Positions 1 to 13,324 of a stretch of DNA of 64,000 nucleotides are shown here, piece by piece. The stretch spans positions 140,988,001 through 141,052,000 of the forward strand of contig OX597814.1 of the NCBI GenBank assembly GCA_951406725.2, written 5' to 3'. The notes under the pieces were generated by a model that saw only the letters and a program-made list of their open reading frames with translations, did no database searches and had not been told where the DNA came from. The position numbers and the translations under genes were made by a program. The stretch is from Octopus vulgaris (taxonomy: Eukaryota). Positions within the stretch are counted from its first letter, which is position 1, and each line of letters begins with the position of its first letter.

Positions 1-58
1 TACGTAATAATTGAGGACATAATAATAATAATTATTATTTAAGCAGTTCTCATAACCT

Positions 59-132
59 GGCTCCGTAGCTCAGTTGGTTAGAGCGCCAGTCTAGTAAACT
101 GGAGGTCGAGTGTTCAAGTCCCTCCGGAGCCT
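59..132 (+). tRNA. trnT: tRNA-Thr(AGT)
   Basis: Cloverleaf with acceptor GGCTCCG/CGGAGCC, D arm GCTC..GAGC, anticodon stem CCAGT/ACTGG with loop CT-AGT-AA, and T loop TTCAAGT (one mismatch in the T stem). A T-run about 20 nt downstream is a possible Pol III terminator. Confidence 0.9.
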
Positions 133-754
133 AATCGTTTATAGAAGCTGTTATTTTTTATTATGCAAAGCAGATAATATTGATACGTATATTGATTTCT
201 GAAATACTTACAAAGCTACGAACATTTGAGTTGATATAAAGGCAGGTCCTCACGTCGGTTGTTGTTATGGAAACCTACTCAGTTTGAAAGATCTCATTTT
301 ACGTATATCGGTCAATTGGAACAAGATACTGAGACTACTTGAAAAAATTCTCCTTTTATGGGTTTTTATGCCTTACTCGTTGTGAGCGACCGAAGAAAAG
401 AGTAAAAGATTCACTCACTGACCCAAGCCTTTCCTGTAATCTCTGATACTAAAACAGTTAAAATAATATAAGAATTGACACAATGCAACACATTTTAGGG
501 AAATAATATTGTCGATTAAATGAACAAAATTACTTGGTTGGAATATATTTATATGATCCCTGGGAGGATAAAATGCAAACTGAAACTCTGCAGAAATTGA
601 ACTCAAAACATCAATGCCATAAAACATTAAATTTCGACATTCTACTGACTGTTCAATTCATGTTTAAAGATACAAATATTAGAGTAATTCAAAAACTCCA
701 CGTGCTCCTGTTTCTGTAATTTATTTCAACAGAAACAGTGGTTGAACAATTATA

Positions 755-1755
755 TTATCTTTCGACATTGTCTCCTTGCTTTTCGATGCACTACTTCTCG
801 TGGGCCATCAGCTTGCTTATTCTATTGAGAAGATGCTTTTCGGCTGGTCACGCAGCCATTTATGCACTGCTTCATGTGCTTCTTCGTACGTAGTAAATCG
901 ACGATCTCGTAAACTCTTTTTGAGCGGTCTAAAGAGGTGATAATCGGAAGGGCGAGATCTGTAATGTATGCAGGATGTTACAACAACTAGAGATTCAATT
1001 TTTCAATGATTCCAACGGCGTGAGTGTCCGTATGTAGGAGTGCATTGTCGCGCAAAAGAAACACTTGCTTTGATTTCGGCGTTTGGTGCGAATTACTAGT
1101 TTCAGTTTGTTGGCTAACATTGCACTGAAACCTTTGTAGGTGACCGTAGAGCTCTTTTTTAAGTAATGTTCCAGCATAGGTCCTTTTGCGCGACCTCCCC
1201 ACCAAAAAGGAAAATAAAACGTTTAGCGTCATTTTTTCTGATGATTCCGAGTGTTTCCGCTCCATACTCTGCTTTTTAGATTAGGGTTCAAAATGATGAA
1301 ACCAGGTCTCATCGCCTGTAACAATTCCCTACAAAAGGCTTCGCCTTCACAGTTGTATTGGTCGACTAAGCGTTGACAGATCTCCACATGATTGCGCTAG
1401 CGCTCTTGGTATCCATTTCGCACAAAGCTTGTCGTGGATGATTATCTATACAGAACCATGACTAATTTGCAGAGAGCATGCCACCTCATCGATGGTTACT
1501 CGTCGATTCACTGGAACCTCTCTCGAGCTGGCTGAATCTTCACGTCAGCGGCGGAGGTTGATGTGCATCTTGCACCCTCTTCGTGCTTCACTCTTGTTCG
1601 GCCACTTTTAAACTTCCCGATTCACTCATACACACTTCTACGTGGTGGAACACTGTCTCGTATTGTACTGAAAGCCAATGATGAATTTCAGCTCCTTACA
1701 CACCAAAGAAGTCGGATCACAGATCTCTGTTCTTCTTTGATGCATAATGCCAGCA
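755..1755 (-). mobile_element. Degenerate mariner (Tc1/mariner) transposase remnant
   Basis: Minus-strand motifs across frameshifts and stops: KEEQRSVIRLLW, IVTGDETWFHHFEP, VFLLRDNA (HDNA-like), PSDYHLFRPLK, EKQGDNVER*. Confidence 0.85.
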
Positions 1756-1777
1756 AAACAGCAATGTTATGTATGCT

Positions 1778-2193
<416 letters not shown>

Positions 2194-2275
2194 CTGCATG
2201 TTTGCCTGTATGCTTGCATGTGCATGTGTGGTGTACACACACACATATACACACAAATATATGCACAAATTTACA

Positions 2276-2332
<57 letters not shown>

Positions 2333-3430
2333 GTATGTGTGTATGTGTAATCTATACAGTACTCTAAGAAAGTGCTAAGCATAGAAAAATATCTGATGGT
2401 ATTGACAAGCAACTTTAATTGAAGCAAAAGGAAGATTCAGACCAGGGTACTCTTGAAGAAACCACATACTTGTATTCAAAAATATCTTAGAATACAACAA
2501 TCATTGAGAAGACTACCTAACTTTGAAATTCTCCAATAAACTAAAAGTTTTAATATTGAGAAAGAAACATTTTGAAAAATCTGAAAGTTTTATACAAGCG
2601 TTAATTTTTTTATCTGTGACAAAGCTGTATTTTTCTGTTACTGTCAATATAGCCCTATCCTGTCATTTCCAAATAGCAACAGAACTGTTAAAGAGTTGCA
2701 TAATAATGCCTATAGAATTTGGCATTGCAACAAGTTTTGGTAAGAACAATATAGATGCACTGGCGAAATGGTAATACTCTTGGAAGGATTCCAAGAGGGA
2801 CTGCCAGTAATAATAACACGTTTGCTATAGTGAAACTTATATATTATATATATATATAAACGCAAACATACATAAAGCCAATGAAATAGCCATTTTTGTA
2901 ATCGCTCGATTTTCTAGAAACAGAAGCCAAAAATCTCCCAGTCATATTTTATCGTTTTAAAAATGGAAGGACACGATTGACAGTGTTGTCCTTAATATGC
3001 AAATAGAGGGAATGATTGCAACTGGATCCTGTTCGGCCTATGATTAAACAACATACATATATAAATACTAGTATTCCGTCGGTTACGACGACAAGGGTTC
3101 CAGTTGATCCGATCAACGGAACAGCCTGCTCGTGAAATTAACGTGCAAGTGGCTGAGCACTCCACCGACACGCGTACCCATAACGTAATTCTTAGGGAGA
3201 TTCAATGTGACACATAATATGACATGACTGGCCATTTGAATTACAGGTACAACACACTTTTACCAGCTGAGTGGACTAGAGCAACGTGAAATAAAGTGTC
3301 TTGCTCAAGGACATACATACAAACATGCATACGTACGTACATACATAATACATACATACATGCTTGCATACATACATACATACATACATACATACATACA
3401 TACATACATACATACATACATACATGCATA

Positions 3431-3737
3431 AAACTGTAAAAATCTGTAAAACTTTCCAGAAGTTTATCATTTAAGTATAAATGAGCATGTCTAGATATGC
3501 AACTATATGCATGAGAATACACGCTTAAAGCAAAACGTACAACTCTACACATACATACATACATAATAATACATACATACATACATACATACATACATAC
3601 ATACATACATACATACATACATACAAAAAATACCATGTTGTTGATAATGACATTCCAATGAAGGAACCTTGGATCTAGGTTAGAAACCAGCTCTTTCTCT
3701 AATGGCAAGAAATCTCGAAATAAAATTGAACAACGAC
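3431..3737 (+). mobile_element. 3' end of R4/Dong-like non-LTR retrotransposon in (CATA)n
   Basis: Homologous to 23250-23491 (ORF end KICKTFQKFII* plus 3' UTR). Flanked by (CATA)n on both sides. Confidence 0.7.
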
Positions 3738-4811
3738 ATATATACATACATACACACATACATACATACATACATACATACATACACACACACATACATA
3801 CATACATACATACATACATACATTCATACATACATACATACATACATAAATACATACATACATACATACATACATACATACATACATACATACATACATA
3901 CATACATACATACATACTACATGGATGAATAATTCAGTACTCTTAGAAATTTATGAAGGTCAGGGCTTTCTGTTTTTGCTGTACCAGCGCTTATACTGAA
4001 ATTCGGTATACTAGGCAGGACACTTAAAAAAAAAATTAAAACTTGAATATTAAGACTTGTAACTTCCGCATCAACAAAATAAATATACGTTACATGGAGG
4101 GATGGAAACTTTTGGGGAATCTAAACGATCTTTGCTGTATCGTATCATTCAGTAGACACCACCCTAAACTCACCCATACACCCCCATCAATCCATCCATC
4201 CATCCATCCATCCGTACATACATAAAGTGGTTAGCGTTAGAAATGGCAAACAGTCGTAAAAAGCATGCAGAAACTGGCATCGCGGTGCTGGTGCCACGTA
4301 AAAAGCACCCAGTCCACTCGGTAAAGTGGTTGGCATTAGGAAAGGCATCTAGATGTGGAAATTATGCCAAAGTAGTCAGTGGAGCTTGGTGTAGTACTCT
4401 GGCTAATCAGCTCCTGTCAAACCGGCTGACCATTGCCAGAATGGACGACGGACGTTAAATGACGATGACGACGACGAAGACGAAGACGGCGGCGGCGGCG
4501 GCGTTGACGACGACGACGACGACGATGATGCTAATGATGATGATGATGACGATGATGATGATGACGATGATGATAATGACCATGATAATGATGGTGGTGG
4601 TGGTGATGATGATGATGATGATGATGATGATACATACGCATCGTAAATAAACAATTCTGCGGACTTAGGAAGGTATGGAAGTCAGACCTCTCCATTTTTG
4701 TTGTGTGTAAAGGAAGAAATGGATACATCATATATGCACTCAGCCGCGAAGGTAATAACATCGCCAGAGTAGATGAAGAATGCTTGAATAGGTACTCTGA
4801 GCGGAATGGAA

Positions 4812-5181
4812 GCACTCCGTCAGTTACGACGACGAGGGTTCCGGTTGATCCGATCAACGGAACAGCCTGCTCGTGAAATTAACATGTAAGTGGCTGAGCA
4901 CTCCACAGACACGTGTACCCATAACGTAGTTCTCGGGGATATTCAGCGTGACACAGAGAGTGACAAGGCCGGCCCTTTGAAATACAACAGAAACCGGAAG
5001 TAAGAGTGAGAGAAAGTTGTGGTGAAAGAGTACAGCAGGGATCACCACCATCCCTGCCGGAGCCTCGTGGAGCTTTAGGTGTTTTCGCTCAATAAACACT
5101 CACAACGCCCGGTCTGGGAATCGAAACCGCGATCCTACGACCGCGAGTCCGCTGCCCTAACCACTGGGCCACTGCGCCTCC
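4812..5181 (-). mobile_element. tRNA-derived SINE (GGAGGCGCA..GGCCCAGTGGTTAGGGC family)
   Basis: Near-full copy matching 56390-56768 (+) and 54460-54761 (-). Confidence 0.8.
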
Positions 5182-5566
5182 ACTGAGTGTACAGCTAAAG
5201 GATAGCAAGACGTAGATGCTTAAACGCGAACTTCGGTGGGAAACATCCATAATATCAACAGGAATCTATGAATGCCTGTCACCATAGCTAGAGGATACCA
5301 ACCACATTGACAGGAAGAGGAACTTCTCCTGGACCTGTGATGGATGATTTATATCACACAAGGACACGATTTCCCTATTCAGGAAATGCTAGGGAATATC
5401 TGTCCAAAGAGATAAAGATGCCTCCAAATCTTCAAGATGTGACAGAAAATATCGATTATATCATGCTGGTGTGAAAAATATCAATCACTCAAATCCTTAT
5501 CAGCTATCCCCAAAATATTCGCAAAGTGCTATCCCCCCTAGAGATATGACATTCAGGTCGTAACTA

Positions 5567-5782
5567 CGAGAGAGTGCTGAAAAGTTCCTGGCTTTGGGTA
5601 AAAGAAAATACAGGGGATCAGTTAATTATGATTTTATACTACATATTCCCCTCTCAGATTCACCCGCTAACTGCAGCGGTCCTTCAGTTTTTCCAAGCCC
5701 TTTAAAAGAACTCAGAAGGTTAGGCCTCTAACCAGGCCTTTCGCGACACCCTTAAAGCCAGAAAATTTTCAGCACACCCTCA
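5567..5782. mobile_element. Mariner-type MITE
   Basis: Imperfect TIRs CGAGAGAGTGCTGAAAAGTTCCTGGCTTT / AAAGCCAGAAAATTTTCAGCACACCCTCA with TA on both sides. Confidence 0.8.
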
Positions 5783-6004
5783 TATGTAGGAAGGAGTATC
5801 TTGACGGTCATGCCCTAGAATGTATATACATTCTAAAAATAGGTAACACGAGTGGAATAGTATAATAAAATGAGAAATCTAATGTAGACACCATAGGCTT
5901 GAAATTCATGCACGTGATGTGTCCTGGGTCAGCTATGGTATGGTAAGGTTATCCCGTCTGGATTAATTGTTGATGAGATTATCTTTTATCGTGTATCACT
6001 TATC

Positions 6005-6203
6005 TTTTACTTGTTTCAGTCATTTAACTGCGGCCATGCTAGGGCACCGCCCTGAAGGGTTTTAGTCGAGCAAATCGACCCATGGACTTATTTTTCTTTA
6101 AGCCTGGTATTCATCATATCGGTTTCTTTGGCCGAATCGCTAAGTTACGGGGACGTAGATAGACCAACACCGGCATCAAGTGGCGGAGGGACATTCACCC
6201 GTC

Positions 6204-6268
<65 letters not shown>

Positions 6269-6431
6269 CGACGGGTTTCTTTCAGTTTCCGTCTACCATA
6301 ACCACTCACAAAACTTTGGCTAGCTTGAGGCTATAGCAGAAGACACTTGTCCAAGCTGTCACGCAGTGGAACTGAACCGAGAACCATGTGGTAGATAAGC
6401 AAGCTTCTTACCTCGCAGACATGCCTGCGCC
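6005..6431 (-). mobile_element. tRNA-derived SINE (GGCGCAGG family with internal (TA)n)
   Basis: Reverse complement of the 9065-9455 family. Confidence 0.75.
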
Positions 6432-6614
6432 ATGAGATTGCGTAGCTAACGTTTTTACCAGGCGGCCATAACTGAAATGATTCTGTTCGAAAACTTCGAT
6501 TGCGTTTTCCCTGTTGGCTTTATTATATGTCAACAGTGAATCCTGGAGCATTATGGATTAAGAGTCAACTTTGAAATGGAATGAACAAAGCAGAAATCTA
6601 TAATGCCAGTGCAG

Positions 6615-6921
6615 AAAAACAACAACAACGACAATAACAACAGCATCAGTTGTTATAAAACAACTACAATAGCAGTAACAACAATAACAACTACAGCAAC
6701 GACAACAGCAACAACAACAACAACAACAACAACAAAATCTAGCATAATAACAGTTACAGCAACTGCATTAGTAGAAACAGCAATAATAATAACGATGGCA
6801 ACAACAGCAAGAATAAAGACAGTAACAATCAGCATCAGCATCAACAGAGCAACAACAACAGCTACAACAACAACTACAACAACAACAACAGCAGCAGCAG
6901 CAGCAACAACAACGACAACAA

Positions 6922-6959
<38 letters not shown>

Positions 6960-6985
6960 AAAACAACAGCAACACCACCACCACC

Positions 6986-7016
<31 letters not shown>

Positions 7017-7057
7017 GCAGCAGTAGCAACAACAACAGCAGTAACAGCAGCAGCAGC

Positions 7058-7124
<67 letters not shown>

Positions 7125-7130
7125 GCAATA

Positions 7131-7161
<31 letters not shown>

Positions 7162-7240
7162 CAACAACAGCAACAGCAGCAGCAGCAACAACAACAACAG
7201 CAACAACAACAACAACAACAGCAGCAACAACAACCACAGC
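6615..7240. repeat. (CAA)n/(CAG)n/(CAC)n trinucleotide tract
   Basis: Direct inspection; source of the poly-T/V/L pseudo-ORFs. Confidence 0.95.
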
Positions 7241-7884
7241 ATCGATGACACCATCTCTTTATTAATATTCAGTTATTTCTGGCAATGCAGCATTGCATCA
7301 CCCTCTGACCTGCTTCCTCGGTTAAAACTCAACAAACATAGTTTTTCACCCAAATCCATTTCTTTCGATTTCTCATAGTTTTCACATCACCATTGCGGAT
7401 TGCTGTTCCATAGTTTCCACAAGCAAATAAACTAGACGATAAAATAGGTGCGGCTTTGACTATAGCGAACGCACTGAAGCAAAATGGCAAATTTCACCAT
7501 TTCCATATAAATCGGGATGTTTTCCAGTATCCATTAATCATTCAATTGTAAAGCCAGAATGGTACTTATCTGTCAACTAAACAGACCCAGTTGATCAGAA
7601 TAATGTGTTTTCCTTCCGGGAGAGAACACAATACCTTTTGCAAGGTTTGACTAATAGCTAACTTGTAAGTAGCCGACTCCATTAACTTCACGCCGTCGTA
7701 TAATTTATAGATAGGTTTGTTTGCTTATAATTGCAATGTTTTAATGCTATCGAAGTTTATTTAGCTGTATACTTTATGTAGAACAGTAGTTCTCAAACAT
7801 ATTTTTACCTATGGATCCCTTTGATTCCTGTTTTACTCGGATGGACCGTCATAGCCATTCGATGTTTAAAAAAAATACTATTAC

Positions 7885-8053
7885 CCAACCAAACTACATG
7901 GTTCCGAGTTCAGTCCCACTGTGTGGCACCTTTGGCAAGTGTCTTATACTATAGTCTCGGGCCGACCAAAGCCTTGTGAGTGGATTTGGTAGACAAAACA
8001 AAGCCGGTATATATATATATATATATATATATAAGGAGCCTTTATATATGTCG

Positions 8054-8129
<76 letters not shown>

Positions 8130-8685
8130 GACAGGCTCCTTTCCGTTTATATATATGTCTACTAGCTATTTTGACTCGTGCTTCGCTCGGGTTTTGATGG
8201 TGGTGTTGTTTTGTGCGTGTTGTCTCCTTTTCCCTTTCTTCTTTTGTTCGTCTTCTTTGCCTTTCCCATATTCCTCACCATGGCAACCAAACGGTAGCCC
8301 CAAGCGACTTGCAACCCTCCTCACACCATTGCCTACCCCATTTTACCTCCAGTGTAAATTTTGGCGCCAATCAGACTCCATCTACCGTTCCCATCCCAGA
8401 ATGAGACAAATAACCAAGAAATCAAACAACGTTTTCGCATTTCAGCTTTATAGATATTGATATTGATATATGAGTATATGTTTGTGTGTCTGTGGTTGCC
8501 CAACCCTACCATCGCTTGACAATCGATGCTGGTATGTTTACGTCCCCGTAACTTAGCGGTTCAGCAAAAGAGATCGATAGAATAAGTACAAGGCTTACAA
8601 AGAATAAGTCATGGGGTTGATTTGTTCGACTAAATGCGGTGCTCCAGCATGACCGCAGTCAAATGACTGAAACAAATAAAAGAAT
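7885..8685 (+). mobile_element. SINE (GGCGCAGG family, 5'-truncated) interrupted by a Helitron-like insert
   Basis: Head remnant CATGGTTCCGAGTTCAGTCCCACTG and tail ...GCAGTCAAATGACTGAAAC. Confidence 0.7.
8162..8454 (-). mobile_element. Non-autonomous Helitron
   Basis: Minus strand reads A|TC...CTAG|T, with a subterminal hairpin ACCCGAGCGAAGCACGAGT shortly before CTAG and no TSD. Confidence 0.6.
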
Positions 8686-8689
8686 ATTA

Positions 8690-9188
8690 CAGTAATCCCT
8701 CGTCATATCGCGTTTCACCTATCGCGTCCTCAGTACATCGCGGATTTTTCTGTATGTAAATTTATATCGTGGTCTCCTCAGTATATCGCGGGTTTCTGTG
8801 GACGATAGGTATTTATATTTTTTTAGATTTTAATTATTTCCGTGGTAAAATAAAGCATTTTCACGCCTCAAAATTGGTAAATATAAATACAGTACAGTAC
8901 TGCACTGTATAACACATTCACTAAAATATATTAAAAGAAAATACGTGGTGTACCATAGATGAGCAAACAAAGAATCGCACATACTGCATGGAAAACAAAA
9001 CTCGGGGGGGGGGATCGAGTGTGTGGTGTTTTGAATTTATAATAAAAAATATATATACAAATTAGGCGCAGGAGTGGCTGTGTGGTAAGTAGCTTGCTTA
9101 CCAACCACATGGTTCCCGGTTCATGTAGCCTCGGGTCGACCAAAGTCTTCTGAGTGGATTTGGTAGACGGAAACTGAAAGAAGCCGTC

Positions 9189-9238
<50 letters not shown>

Positions 9239-9596
9239 GTGCGTGTGTATATATGTTTGTCTATCTATGTTTTTCCCCTAAACATCGCTTGACAATCGAT
9301 ACTGGTCTGATGTGTTTATGTCCCCGATAACTAGCGGTTCGGCAAAAATCCCCGATAGAATAAGTACTAGACTTACAAAGAATAAGTCCTGGGGTCAATT
9401 TGCACAACTAAAGGCGGTGCTCGAGCATGGCCGCTGTCATATGACTAAAAGAATAAATTATAAAAATTAAAAAAAAATATATACAGATTATAAAAATGAA
9501 AAATATATACAGTACAGTACTGTTTCTACTTCGCGGATTTTCACCAATCGCGGGGGATTTTTGAACGTAACACCTGCGATAGTTGAGGGATTACTG
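8690..9596. mobile_element. pogo/Tigger-like MITE with nested SINE
   Basis: TIRs CAGTAATCCCTC / GAGGGATTACTG preceded by TA, with subterminal ATCGCG repeats. Confidence 0.75.
9065..9455 (+). mobile_element. tRNA-derived SINE (GGCGCAGGAGTGGCTGTGTGGTAAG family)
   Basis: Pol III-type head, internal (TA)n, and tail shared with many copies in the window. Confidence 0.8.
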
Positions 9597-10196
9597 AATA
9601 TTTTTATAATTTCATATTAGGCAGTGTAAGGCGACGAGCTGTCAGAATCGTTGCCTGGCAAATTGCCTAGTAACATTCCGTCCGTCTCTTGGTTCTGAGT
9701 TCAAATTCCGCCGAGGTCGACTTTGCCTTACATACTTCTGAGGGGTTGATGTAACCAACTTTTCCTCTCCTCTGAAATTGCTGGCCTTGTGCCAAAGTTT
9801 GAAATCAATATTATTATTAAAAAAAAGTTTAAATATTTTGTGTGTTGGTTGTTATTGCAGATAAATTTATCAGCAAAATCTTATATGGACCCCATCAAAG
9901 GGTCATACAGACCCCGGTTGAGAACAACTAATGTAGATTAAAGTGAACCCAAGAAATTATTGCTGTTGTTGTTATTTAACCCCAGGTCAATTCTGTTCGA
10001 ACAGACCAATGATTAAAGGCATTCCAGCTGTGGATTTTTTTCGGTCTGACACACTAGATCCAAGTAATCTTTATTTTGACTTGTTCCAGTTTGGTACTTA
10101 TCCTATTGATATTAACACTTGTTGTCAAGCACCTGTTCTCATTAACACCTGTTATCACAAACACACACACAAACATACATGCATACATACATGTAC

Positions 10197-10282
<86 letters not shown>

Positions 10283-10285
<3 letters not shown>

Positions 10286-10508
10286 ATTTCTTTACTGCCC
10301 ACAAGGGGCTACACATAGAGGGGACAAACAAGGACAGAAAAACGGATTAAGTCGATTATATCGACCCCAGTGCGTAACTGGTACTTATTTAATGGACTCC
10401 GAAAGAATGAAAGGCAAAGTCGAACTCGGCGGAATTTGAACTCAGAACGTAGCGGCAGACGAAATACTCATTTCGCCTGACGTGCTAACGTTTCTGCCAG
10501 CTCGCCGC

Positions 10509-10510
<2 letters not shown>
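10283..10510 (-). mobile_element. SINE (AAGGCGGCGAGCTGGCAG family) in (TATC)n
   Basis: Reverse complement of 41254-41485. Confidence 0.8.
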
Positions 10511-10587
<77 letters not shown>

Positions 10588-11825
10588 GTAAATAGGGTTA
10601 TAGTCCGAGCTGTGTCCCTATGAAGCACATTCGCATATTCCAGTACTCCAAGGTATATTTGTAGATGTTATAATTTATGTGAGACTTGAAACTATTGAGA
10701 AAGACTAAAATTTTTATTCTGTTTGAAGAGCTTCTAATAGGAAATGTTTTACATGTTTTTTCCACGTGTATATCTTTGTAACTCCAGTTAGCTAATGAAA
10801 CATATGTAATGGGGAATAAATATAACCAAATTTTTCTAGTTTTCTGCTTTGATTTTATATATGACCACCTTCCACAGAGCTTCCGTCTATCAAATTCATT
10901 CAGAAGGTTGACCTGGGGTTATGGCTGGAGGTATTTGCCCAAAGTGCCTCGCAGTGGGACTGAACTCGAACCGCGAGTTTTCAAAGCGAGCTTCCTAGCT
11001 ACACAATTATGCCTGGACCCATAACCTATGCCTGTTTTGACAGTGGAGATGTAATAACATAGTTTTCTCCACCTGTACCTCAATACTTTTTTTATATTGG
11101 TACGTATTCTGTAAATCTTTTTTGTGTCAAACCGCCTAGATACAGAGACTTGGACGTACCAACTCCGATTGTCAATCTGTGAAAGACAAAAAAACCAAAG
11201 GCAAAGACGCTCTCACGCACGTACACTCGCACTCATTCTGTCTATCCCCCCCACGGGCTTCCGCACAGTTTCCATCTACCAAATATCTTCCAAGGCATTG
11301 GTCAGCTTGAAGTTATTGTAAAAGACGCTTGCTCAAAGAGTTGCACAGTGAGATTGAACTCGATACAACATGATTACAAAGCGAGTTTCTTCACCACTTA
11401 GCCATGCCTTTACATTATATTGTATTTAATTTCCCTTCTTTTATTTGAAATTTCACATAAAATCAAAAAAAAAAAATTTTTTTTACTACATTTCGAAGCA
11501 ATTCTCACCTTTCTCAATTTTAATACTTCTTTTATTTTGAATTTTATTCTCTTGCTTATAAAATCCTTCCTTTTAATACATAAAAGAAATCTAAGCTGGA
11601 CAGCTGAGGGAACCAAATAACCAATAGATTAGTTATGAGTTTAATGAAAGGTGACGTATCAAATTGTCAAACGTTTATTACAGAAAAATACATTAGCTTC
11701 AATATAGAACGTTTACTGTTAACATAATCATTCTTAAATAGAACTCCGTGTTGTTTTTATTATTATTGTCACAGTTGTTGTTGTTGTTGTTGTTGTTGTT
11801 ATTGTTGTTGTTATTGTTGTTGTTG

Positions 11826-11897
<72 letters not shown>

Positions 11898-12802
11898 TTT
11901 GGGTATGATTTTGCCGATATATGTATGGTTGTGTGTGTATGAGTGAGTGTGATCATAAATGATATAAATGTGCGCGGTGCGTGCGTGCGTGCGTGCGCGT
12001 GGTGTGCTTGGCATGACCGTGTGTGTGTGTGTATTGCACGCGTGTGTGTGTGTGTGTGTATAATCGTGTGTGTGTATGTGTGTGAGTATGAGATGTGTGT
12101 GTTGTGTATGTTTGTGTGTGTTTTCTGTCACAAACTTGAAGAGTTAGCTATTACTATACTTGACAATAATCTGTTTTGCCCAGAAGCAAATTTTTTAAAG
12201 AAGTATTTATTTTCTGTTGTCTGTCATAAATTTTTAAATGTCTTTTTTTCCCCCTTTTATCTCATACTTGAGTTTTAAACCGGCAATGTCATTTTCCCTC
12301 TCTTCCCTCTCGTCATCATCATCGTCGATAAGTCCATCACCTCCTCCACCTTCACCACTACCATCACGAATACAACGACTGTCACCACCACCACCACCAC
12401 CACCACCACCACCACCACCACTACCACCACTACCACCACCACCAGCACCACCAGCACCACCACCATACCACCTCCACCACCACCATCATTAACGTCGTCG
12501 TCACCGCTGCCGTCGCCATCATCGTCATGGTCATCGTTACCATCCACTGTCTTTTTCAAACTGTTCTATTGATCATGCAGCATCAATCCTGTGAAGTTCC
12601 ATAGCGTTAGATCGGGACTCACCATATCTTCAAGGAGGTGCCCCAGTATGGCCGTAGTCCAATGACCAAAACGTATAAAAAGTAAAAGTCTTTGTAAACC
12701 GTTCTAGTGTTTTAGAGACGCCAACGACTGAACGACATGTTATAAGATTAAGTTCCTCATTAGCAGGTAAATTTGTATTAAGAGTGATTAACATCTACAA
12801 TA

Positions 12803-13324
12803 CCGTAAATCCTCGAGTATAATCCGCACTTTTTTTCCCAAAATTTAAAGGTCAAAATCCATAGTGTGTATTATACACGAGGTTAAAAATGAAAATTATT
12901 TTCTAAGCAATGTCAGAGTCTCTATTTGCTGTCCGGCAATGTTTATTCAGACGCATTTTGTGATGTTTGGCGCGAAAATACCTTAAGCTAAATCTGAAAG
13001 CAATGAAGTCATAAAAGAATCATCCATAACTTGCAGTAGGCAACATTTATTAAACGTTATTACTGTTATTACTGTTATTTCTCTATTTTCTGCAAACAAA
13101 ATGCGCAAAAAAGCTACACGTTTGCATTATGTTATATATACAATAACAATAAAGTACGTTACCGTATACATTTTTACAAACCAAAGACCTTATATAGACC
13201 GCCTTGACTCAAGTTAGAGAAGGGGTGCGTATTATACACAAGGTTTAGGATTTTCAGAGGTACAGCCCCCTAAAAATCCCCTTAGTATTATACTCAGGGG
13301 CGGGCTATACTCGAGGATTTACGG
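12803..13324. mobile_element. Tc2/pogo-type non-autonomous DNA transposon (MITE)
   Basis: Perfect 19-bp TIR CCGTAAATCCTCGAGTATA / TATACTCGAGGATTTACGG with TA TSD on both sides. Confidence 0.88.

Larger units (their letters stand above)
7784..9930. mobile_element. hAT (Charlie-like) MITE split by nested insertions
   Basis: Ends CAGTAGTTCTCAA / TTGAGAACAACTA with 8-bp TSD ATGTAGAA/ATGTAGAT. The two halves match the intact copy at 55822-56080. Confidence 0.75.

Noticed and set aside
6603-7265. 220-aa Thr/Ala-rich mucin-like ORF
   Set aside because: Pure trinucleotide repeat with no other exon evidence.
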